Virus record (IMG/VR): IMGVR_UViG_3300025141_000642
Location: 1 to 26,002 of that record
Length of the DNA: 26,002 nt
Source of the DNA: a virus
Lineage: Duplodnaviria > Caudoviricetes
Strand: one strand, 5' to 3'
The position numbers and the translations under genes were made by a program. Below the pieces are notes generated by a model, which worked only from the letters and a program-made list of their open reading frames with translations, was not told where the DNA came from and did not search any database. Below, piece by piece: positions 17,250 through 24,160 of the stretch (position 1 is its first letter; every line of letters begins with the position of its first letter).

Positions 17250-18070
17250 TGGTAACACCCGGAACACCAGAAGAGACTCAGGCAGAGATGGAGTTAGCTG
17301 TCGACTACAACGTAGACGAGGAGCTATCTGCGATAGAGGCTGCTGAGGACCCTACTGCTCAATTGGCAGCGGAGCCCGAGCTAGAGCCCCTGTTCGATGC
17401 TGAGGATGTCACTGACACCCCTGACGCACCTCCTGTCGAGATCGATTCTCCGGAACCGGAGCTTCCGACAGATCCAGCACCCGCTCCCCCTCCTCCACCG
17501 GCTCAAGCAGCGATCCCTGGTGCAGCGCAAGCCACACCGGAGATGCAGCAACAGTTGGCCTGGTATCAGCAGCAGCATCAACAGGCACAGCAGCAGAAGT
17601 ACCAGGAAGAGGTTGTGAAGGCTGAGGAACAGTATCGAGAGCGATTGGTCGAAGAGGGCTATATGCCTGACCAGGCTCGGAAACTGGCTTCTGAGGCCCG
17701 GGGACAAGCTGAGTACCAGTTGCAACAGCAACAGCAGTACGAACAGCAACTCCAGTTAGCGCAAGGCCGCCACAATGCGGCCCGTCATTATGCCAAGCAT
17801 TACAAGCTCGGGATGACTGACCTGGAGGAGCTGGAAAGGCTGCCTGACCCTGCAAGCATGGAGCGCGAGGCCAGGCGAATAGCAGAGATTCGGGACCTGC
17901 GAAATAAATATGAGCAGGTTGCGAAAGGGCGAGTGCAGCCCCAATCTTTTGACTCTGGCGCGAGTTCGGCAAGCGCGTCCAGGAGCCGGGAACGGATCCT
18001 GGATGACTACATGGAAGGCCGCGTCAATCTCACGGCGGACCAGTTTAACCGCCTGATGTCTAATAACTAG
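17249..18070 (+). CDS. Capsid scaffolding protein
   Basis: Acidic/P-rich N-terminus, Q/E-rich coiled coil and short C-terminal helical motif; directly upstream of the MCP. Confidence 0.8.
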   Translation: MVTPGTPEETQAEMELAVDYNVDEELSAIEAAEDPTAQLAAEPELEPLFDAEDVTDTPDAPPVEIDSPEPELPTDPAPAPPPPPAQAAIPGAAQATPEMQQQLAWYQQQHQQAQQQKYQEEVVKAEEQYRERLVEEGYMPDQARKLASEARGQAEYQLQQQQQYEQQLQLAQGRHNAARHYAKHYKLGMTDLEELERLPDPASMEREARRIAEIRDLRNKYEQVAKGRVQPQSFDSGASSASASRSRERILDDYMEGRVNLTADQFNRLMSNN

Positions 18071-18081
18071 GAGGGCATGAA

Positions 18082-18954
18082 ATGCCACAGACAAGTACAA
18101 CTGGCTCACTGGAAAATGCCAGCCGCGAGATGATCACGACGGCTCGGTATACGGAAGAACACAACGCACCCTGCATGGAGCTGGTAGAGAAATTCACGCT
18201 CCAGAAGGGTTCAGACACTCTCATAGTCCCGAAAGTAGGGCAGATGTCCGTAAGTGCCTTGCTGGAAGGCCAGGACCTGGTCGATGAGGAAGAGATCGGC
18301 ATGAGCACGGTCTCTGTGCAGGCAAGTGAGGTCGGTGCCAAGATCATCATCACTGACAAGCTGCTGCGCGAGAACACCCAACAGATATGGCAGATAGTCG
18401 GACGCCAACTTGGCGAGGCTATGGCCCGGAAGAAGGACGAGGATGTCCTCTCCCTTTTTAGCGCTTTGAATGGTGGAACCGCTCTTGGTGAAGCTGCGGC
18501 TAACTTTTCTCTTGTTAACGCTGCAAGCTGTATCGGCGTGGCCAAGGCTGAGAAATACGGTTCTGATCTTCGGATAGTCCACCATCCTAACGCTATCTTG
18601 AAGCTCAACAAAGACCTTACTGGTTCTGCTTCTGGCACCCTTCGTCCGATCCCCAGTGGCTTCTCTGAAGACCGCTTAGGCCCATTCTGGACAGGGCTCA
18701 GACTTTCCGGTGTTCCGTTTTTTGAAGATGGGAATATTGATACGGATGCGAATGGTGATGGTTACGGAGCTATCTTTGATAAGGGCGCTATGGGTGTCCT
18801 TACCTCGGTAGCAATGAACCGGGAGAAACAACGTGATGCTTCTCTCCGCGCTACAGAGATGGTAATCACCAGCGATTACAGTGCGTTCGAGATCGATGAC
18901 ACTCGTGGAGCTTCTTTGTTCTACGATGTCGCTAACCCGGCAACCAACGCTTAA
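18082..18954 (+). CDS. Major capsid protein (HK97 fold)
   Basis: 290 aa; GSDTLIVPKVG...ALLEG...EVGAKIIITDKLL...VGRQLGEAMARKKDEDVL pattern typical of HK97-fold MCPs; GGAGGG SD. Confidence 0.9.
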   Translation: MPQTSTTGSLENASREMITTARYTEEHNAPCMELVEKFTLQKGSDTLIVPKVGQMSVSALLEGQDLVDEEEIGMSTVSVQASEVGAKIIITDKLLRENTQQIWQIVGRQLGEAMARKKDEDVLSLFSALNGGTALGEAAANFSLVNAASCIGVAKAEKYGSDLRIVHHPNAILKLNKDLTGSASGTLRPIPSGFSEDRLGPFWTGLRLSGVPFFEDGNIDTDANGDGYGAIFDKGAMGVLTSVAMNREKQRDASLRATEMVITSDYSAFEIDDTRGASLFYDVANPATNA

Positions 18955-18969
18955 TAACTAGGGGGATTT

Positions 18970-19362
18970 ATGCCAAGAGGTACAGGACCAGAACTAAGAG
19001 AAGAAAGGCAATGGCTGGCTTCGCAGGGCTTTTCCTGGTCGATGCTTCAAAGTAATCGAGAAAGAGCTACCTGGTACAAACCAGACGGTTCAGCTTTGCC
19101 TAACTTACCAGTTGATCCGTACCACATGAGGCGTTACCGGGCTCGTGGGTGGACTTTAACCCCTCCCGAGAGCCCGGTCATCCCTGAAGATGCAGTGGTC
19201 CAGCTCCAGGAGCAGGTGGCTGCTGCAGCAGAATTACTGGATGACGATGCACCGGAAGTAGCAGAGCATCAACATTCCTTCAATAAAGCTATGGGCTCTC
19301 CTTGCCGCACAGAGGGTTGCACCGTTGTGCGGACCAGGGAGTACAAGCCTAGAGCAGCATAA
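18970..19362 (+). CDS. Hypothetical protein (130 aa), possible C-terminal HxH...CxxxxC metal-binding knuckle
   Basis: GGGGGA SD; motif WYKPDG..LPNLPVDPYHMRRYRARGW; C-terminal HQHSF...PCRTEGC. Confidence 0.75.
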   Translation: MPRGTGPELREERQWLASQGFSWSMLQSNRERATWYKPDGSALPNLPVDPYHMRRYRARGWTLTPPESPVIPEDAVVQLQEQVAAAAELLDDDAPEVAEHQHSFNKAMGSPCRTEGCTVVRTREYKPRAA

Positions 19363-19420
19363 GGGCTGTAACGATTCCCGAGGCCCTTAATATCGGGGAT
19401 CGCAGGGCATTGAACCTGTG
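19360..19420 (+). other. Predicted H-type pseudoknot plus hairpin in the leader of the cement gene
   Basis: P1 TAAGGGCT 19360-19367 / GGCCCTTA 19382-19389; P2 CGATTCCCGA 19372-19381 / TCGGGGATCG 19393-19402; P3 CGCAGG 19401-19406 / CCTGTG 19415-19420; SD AGGAGA follows. Confidence 0.5.
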
Positions 19421-19436
19421 AATTAGGAGATTAAAG

Positions 19437-20204
19437 ATGGCTTTTCCGACAACGGTTTTCCTTAAAAACGGATGGGAGAAGAAAGAAACTTCTACCCAGA
19501 GGCACAAGCTGGGCACTCGCGGCGTGACTGCGGATGGCCGGGTATTCTACTATGCCAAGAATAGTAGTGCTGCTATTACTCCAGGCGGCAAGATTTGCGA
19601 CGGTATCGCTGCTGTCGCAGCCCACGATATGGACGTACCGGCTACTGCAGCTCATTCAGCCGGTGACACAACCATCAGCCTGGAAGTCCCTACAACTGAC
19701 TTGACTGCGAACCAGTACAAAGATGGCTACTTGATCATCAACGACGGCCCTGGACAAGGGGAGGTCTATCAGATCAAATCCCATCCAGCTCACGATGCAT
19801 CAGACGATGCCACAGTCATCTTCACCATTGACGATGAAGATGGAATCGTGACTGCACTGACTACAGCTTCCCTGTTCGGGGTTATCTATAACCCTTATAC
19901 GAATGTAAAGATTGTCGACGGTGACGGCACCATGACTACTGGTCCTCTGGGTGTGAACCCGATGCCAGTGACTGCTAGTTACTACTTCTGGCTCCAGACT
20001 TCTGGAGTAGCTTCTGTGCTCTCTGGTGCTGCAGTGGCAGTTGTTGGTGACGCTATCGGAGTATCCCAGGCTTCTGGTGAGAGCGGTGCGTTTGACCTCT
20101 GGGACGCCTCTTCTGAAGAAGATACCCGCCCCATTGGTACTGCTATGAGCATCCCGTCAGTGGACACTGATAACCAGGTTGTCATGCTGGCGATCAGGGA
20201 CTAA
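19437..20204 (+). CDS. Putative capsid cement/decoration protein
   Basis: KLGTRGVTADGRVFYYAK ... YYFWLQTSG ... AVVGDAI pattern typical of post-MCP cement proteins; strong SD. Confidence 0.65.
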   Translation: MAFPTTVFLKNGWEKKETSTQRHKLGTRGVTADGRVFYYAKNSSAAITPGGKICDGIAAVAAHDMDVPATAAHSAGDTTISLEVPTTDLTANQYKDGYLIINDGPGQGEVYQIKSHPAHDASDDATVIFTIDDEDGIVTALTTASLFGVIYNPYTNVKIVDGDGTMTTGPLGVNPMPVTASYYFWLQTSGVASVLSGAAVAVVGDAIGVSQASGESGAFDLWDASSEEDTRPIGTAMSIPSVDTDNQVVMLAIRD

Positions 20205-20206
20205 GC

Positions 20207-20491
20207 ATGGTATTAGGTGTCTGGCTACCAGGTGAACGGTACCGGATATATGAGCCGGGGACAGACAACGAAGTCACAGTCATGATCCCCGGCGCAGATT
20301 CTATCTACGATGTCGACGAGCTGAATGAGATCTGCCACTGGCAGCGTGAAGAAGCTGAGAAAGAGTGGCAGAACAAAGCAGCTAAGGTCCCGCTGACAAG
20401 AGGCCAGCAGCATGACCTGGGCGGCACGTTAGTAGAGATCCGGGCAAGCAAAGAGTTCAAGAAAGAAAACTTACACGGCAGGTATTGGTGA
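20207..20491 (+). CDS. Hypothetical protein (94 aa)
   Basis: Fills the gap between the cement gene and the next gene; TGATG overlap downstream. Confidence 0.7.
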   Translation: MVLGVWLPGERYRIYEPGTDNEVTVMIPGADSIYDVDELNEICHWQREEAEKEWQNKAAKVPLTRGQQHDLGGTLVEIRASKEFKKENLHGRYW

Positions 20492-20622
20492 TGCCTAGAG
20501 TTGGCGGCAAGGACTACCCATACACAAAAGCTGGTTACAAGGCTGCAGCCAAGGCTCGCAAACGCGGGACCAAAGCTAAGACTACTTCCAAACGTATGAC
20601 CAAGATGAAGCGTTCCTACTGA
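20491..20622 (+). CDS. Small highly basic protein (43 aa, MPRVGGKDYPYTKAGYKAAAKARKRGTKAKTTSKRMTKMKRSY)
   Basis: Not in the ORF track. TGATG overlap with the upstream stop; its own stop overlaps the GAGGTG SD of the next gene. MPxVGxKxYPYTxxG resembles a common small phage protein start. Confidence 0.75.
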   Translation: MPRVGGKDYPYTKAGYKAAAKARKRGTKAKTTSKRMTKMKRSY

Positions 20623-20631
20623 GGTGTTTAG

Positions 20632-21900
20632 ATGCCGGTTGTCCAGGGGCGTACAAGAAAACAGATCAGAGTGTCTGTTGGCTACAACCTGCAGGCCCTC
20701 TATGTCTCGTCGACTACTTCAAGCGTTGATGCGACTAGTGTAGTTGACGCCACTCTCCGTGGTGGCGATGACGCGCATAACGGGAAATGGATGGTTCAGA
20801 CCTCTGGGACTAATGACGAGGAGATCCGTCAGATATCGGATTACACCCAGAGTTCGACGGACATGACAGTAGCCCCGGCCTTCTCGAACACTGTGGCGTC
20901 CGGAGCCACTTATGAACTCTGGAACGAGCAGTACAATCCAGCTCGCATAAACGATTTCATCGACCAGGCCATCATAGAAGTGACTGGCCGTGTCTACGAC
21001 CCAGAGACCGATGTCTCCCTCCACACTGACGGGAATACGACTACGTATTCTGTGCCTTCCCAGTTCGCAATGATCAACAAGATCGAGCAGCGGAAGACAG
21101 TGACCTCTACCAGGATCCACGATTGCTCGGCTGCGTTCGATTCCAATACTGTAAGCAACTTCACTGCAGCGGTAGATACGAAAGACCGCAGGCAAGGCAC
21201 CTCATCTGTCCAGTTCGATATCGGCGCTTCTGTCTCTGCCGGTGCGTTCCTTTACGACACTATCACCAGCGTGAATTTGAGCAAGTACGACTATGTAGAG
21301 TGCTGGGTGAAGAGCACGGTCGCTACCAGCGCAGGGAACCTGAAGCTCCACCTGGATAACGGTGCTATCACCGGAGATGGTAACGACCTGGAGTCCTTGT
21401 CTATCCCGGCGCTCAGCGCCGATACCTGGACCTATGTCCGGATAGCCCTTACTCAGCCTGAGAATGACACCGCGATAGTTAGCGTGGGGCTTGAGTACGA
21501 TTCTGATTTCGGTTCCAGCAGTGCAGTGACGGTCTGGCTAGATGACATAAAGGCTGTAGTAGATGCTAGTGCTGCCTGGGAGAAGATCGGTCACCACCTC
21601 TGGAGCATAGATAAGAATAACCGGAAGCTGGTGTTCACCCAGGACGGCAGGTCTGCAGCTCGCTACAACCTTCTACGCTTGACTGGCGGAGACCAGCCAG
21701 CGGTTATGACTGCTGATAGCAGTACCTGTGAGGTCGACGAGGGCTACGTGATCGCTCGGGCTACGGCTCTAGCTTTGTCTGCCTCCTGGGGTCTTCCCGA
21801 CCCCGGGGAGGCTAGACGTATGGCCCAGTTCTGGATGGCTTTATCTGAGCAGGCAAAAGCCAGGATGCCGATGCTCCAGGGCGTCCGGACGGTCGACTGA
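20632..21900 (+). CDS. Head-tail adaptor / tail tubular protein A-like, with inserted beta domains
   Basis: INDFIDQAIIEV...DGNTTTYSVPS core and C-terminal VIARATALAL helix. Internal jelly-roll/CBM-like insert (VNLSKYDYVECWVKS...ADTWTYVRIAL...VWLDDIKAV). Confidence 0.65.
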   Translation: MPVVQGRTRKQIRVSVGYNLQALYVSSTTSSVDATSVVDATLRGGDDAHNGKWMVQTSGTNDEEIRQISDYTQSSTDMTVAPAFSNTVASGATYELWNEQYNPARINDFIDQAIIEVTGRVYDPETDVSLHTDGNTTTYSVPSQFAMINKIEQRKTVTSTRIHDCSAAFDSNTVSNFTAAVDTKDRRQGTSSVQFDIGASVSAGAFLYDTITSVNLSKYDYVECWVKSTVATSAGNLKLHLDNGAITGDGNDLESLSIPALSADTWTYVRIALTQPENDTAIVSVGLEYDSDFGSSSAVTVWLDDIKAVVDASAAWEKIGHHLWSIDKNNRKLVFTQDGRSAARYNLLRLTGGDQPAVMTADSSTCEVDEGYVIARATALALSASWGLPDPGEARRMAQFWMALSEQAKARMPMLQGVRTVD

Positions 21901-23876
21901 TGACACAGCGAGTCATACAAGCTGATGAGATATCGCTGAACTCTGTGCGCTACCCGATCGAGGGGCCGGTGCAGACAGTCTTGGCTTCTATCTATCCCAG
22001 CAAGGTTGTCCTGGGCGATACGACGAAAGACTCCCAGTTACGTGCTTCTGTGGCTGCCTGGACTGACTTCCGGGGCGGGATCGGCGCCGAAGAGGTAGTG
22101 TCGGTTGAGGACCCGTTAAACCGGGCCTGGTGGAGCACTCTTAACCTGCGGAACCAGGGCCACCTGGTCATGGCACCGTTGACCGAGGATGCTACCGAGG
22201 ATTTCGCTACCATCATCGGCGTCCTGGTTGAGTTCAAAGACGCTATCTATGGCACTGCCAATAATGGCTATCTCACCTATCTCTATAAGTTCAATGATGG
22301 AGCTAATGACTGGGGCAGCAATCTTCAGACACTGGATGCAGAGGCTACAGATGCTCTAGCTATCTCGCTTGGCGGCACTGATTACATGGTGATCGCTACT
22401 GGTGGCACAGGAGAATCTGGCTCGTATGTTAGCTCGTATTGGCACTCGTCAGATGCGTCTAGTTTTACCAAAGACACAACTGACGTTAAGTACCTGGCCG
22501 AGTGGGATGACCGCCTCTGGGGCATAGATATTACTGGCCAGCTCTGGTGGGCTCACACTATAGGTACTGAGATAAATGATGCTGTACTGCCACTAGGTGG
22601 TGGCTCCGATGAGGTTGCAGACCTATTCGTAGCTCCCAGTGGCACTGGTGAGCCGATCCTCTATGCAGCGACCAGGACCGGTCTCTGGGCGCACGATGCT
22701 GACAACAGCAGGTTCGTGCAGACAGAGCTGCGGCTGCCCTTTCATCCTCAAGCGGGTGAGGGGTGTGTCAGGTGGCGTGATTCGATCTACTACCCTGCAG
22801 GGTTAGGTGTCTATCGGTATACGCCTAGCGCCAGCACTGCTTTTGTGACTGCTATGGGTCCTGATCGAGATGATGGAGTGCCCACAGCATACCGTGGCTT
22901 CATCACTGGCCTGATCCCCACTCATAACGACCTTCTAGCGATGGTCGATGGGTCAGCTCCTCCTGCAGAATTACCTGCTCTTTGGGGTGGCTATGGTCAG
23001 CTAGGAGATTCCCCAGCCATCGACGGCACTGGCTATTCCTCACTCCTGGCCTGGAATGAGCAGGGCTGGGAAGCAAAGTGGGTGTCAACAGTCACCGATA
23101 ACAACAAGATGAGGGCCGGTATCGTTGCGAACGCTTATGCCGGTACCGGGGCCAAGAAGAGCACTAAATACCGTGTCTACTGGGGGGAGAACGAGACTCT
23201 ACACTGGCAGCAGCTCCCTGTTGCTGTCGAGAACCCCAGACAGCGGAATACGTTCGAGTATGCAGCGTCTGGAGAGCACCAGACCCCCTGGTTCAGTGCG
23301 AACCAGAGCGAGGTCGAGAAACTGGCTCTCAGGTTGAAGGTAGAGGTCGAGAACGCTTCTAGTACCGAGACCGTGACTTGCTACTACGGCGTGGACGGTG
23401 CCGATTCCACTTGGACACAGTTCACTGATAGCCATACGAGTGACAGTACATTCGATTCTAGTGATGATGAGATACAAGGTAGCGGGATAACGACCTTCTT
23501 GTTCGGCGGTGTTAGTGCCCCAACGGGCACGGCCTTCAGAAGTATCAGGTTCAAGTTCGAGTTGGCCCGTGGTTCTACTACGGCAAACTCCCCGGATATC
23601 AGGTCCATCACCCTGGAGTTCAGAAAGAAACTACCGGCCAAGTGGGGCCACAGTGTCACGGTCGATCTTCAGCAGCCTTACGGAGGGCGCAGCACTAACG
23701 AGCTGCGGTCTGCTCTGGTGGATGCTGCTGAATCAAGCAGCCTGGTGGAGTTCACCTTCCGGGACGATGGCAGTAACGAACGTAACTACTATGTGGACGT
23801 ATCTGCGGTCGAGGGCCTGGAGTTCACTGGACATAACGAATCAGGGACTACCAAGATTCTCCTGGTGGAGCCATGA
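21900..23876 (+). CDS. Tail nozzle / tail tubular protein B-like (beta-propeller-rich)
   Basis: 658 aa after the adaptor; WTDFRGGIG N-terminal motif, repeated W/Y-rich beta blades, C-terminal FRSIRFKFEL sandwich. Confidence 0.65.
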   Translation: MTQRVIQADEISLNSVRYPIEGPVQTVLASIYPSKVVLGDTTKDSQLRASVAAWTDFRGGIGAEEVVSVEDPLNRAWWSTLNLRNQGHLVMAPLTEDATEDFATIIGVLVEFKDAIYGTANNGYLTYLYKFNDGANDWGSNLQTLDAEATDALAISLGGTDYMVIATGGTGESGSYVSSYWHSSDASSFTKDTTDVKYLAEWDDRLWGIDITGQLWWAHTIGTEINDAVLPLGGGSDEVADLFVAPSGTGEPILYAATRTGLWAHDADNSRFVQTELRLPFHPQAGEGCVRWRDSIYYPAGLGVYRYTPSASTAFVTAMGPDRDDGVPTAYRGFITGLIPTHNDLLAMVDGSAPPAELPALWGGYGQLGDSPAIDGTGYSSLLAWNEQGWEAKWVSTVTDNNKMRAGIVANAYAGTGAKKSTKYRVYWGENETLHWQQLPVAVENPRQRNTFEYAASGEHQTPWFSANQSEVEKLALRLKVEVENASSTETVTCYYGVDGADSTWTQFTDSHTSDSTFDSSDDEIQGSGITTFLFGGVSAPTGTAFRSIRFKFELARGSTTANSPDIRSITLEFRKKLPAKWGHSVTVDLQQPYGGRSTNELRSALVDAAESSSLVEFTFRDDGSNERNYYVDVSAVEGLEFTGHNESGTTKILLVEP

Positions 23877-24160
23877 GATTCGATGCCGGTACTACAGATG
23901 TGCCGAGCGCAGGCACCGCAGTGCAGCTCTCTAACACGGCTGACCGCGTGGTCTGGATCAGGGTGTCGGCCAGGACCGGGATATCGGGATCTGTCTATTT
24001 CGGACGCTCTGATGTATCCAGTTCTAACGGTTTCGAGCTTTCGGCCAATGACCACCTGGAGATAGACCTTAGACCAGGATCCGAGGCTTTCAGTGCCTTT
24101 TACGTAGACGCAAGTACAAACGGGAACGACCTGGACTGGGCCGTTCTTCTGGAGCATTAA
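23873..24160 (+). CDS. Small beta-sandwich virion/tail-associated protein (95 aa)
   Basis: ATGA overlap; AGTAVQL...VYFG..DV...NGFEL..ND...FYVDA...GND pattern. Confidence 0.7.
   Translation: MRFDAGTTDVPSAGTAVQLSNTADRVVWIRVSARTGISGSVYFGRSDVSSSNGFELSANDHLEIDLRPGSEAFSAFYVDASTNGNDLDWAVLLEH

Noticed and set aside
18952-18972. MCP read-through into the in-frame downstream gene (T7 10A/10B-like extension)
   Set aside because: Two tandem TAA stops, no slippery site seen, and the downstream gene has its own SD.
19360-19371. Pseudoknot-stimulated stop read-through or frameshift at the end of 18970..19362
   Set aside because: Another in-frame TAA follows after two codons, and no slippery heptamer lies upstream.
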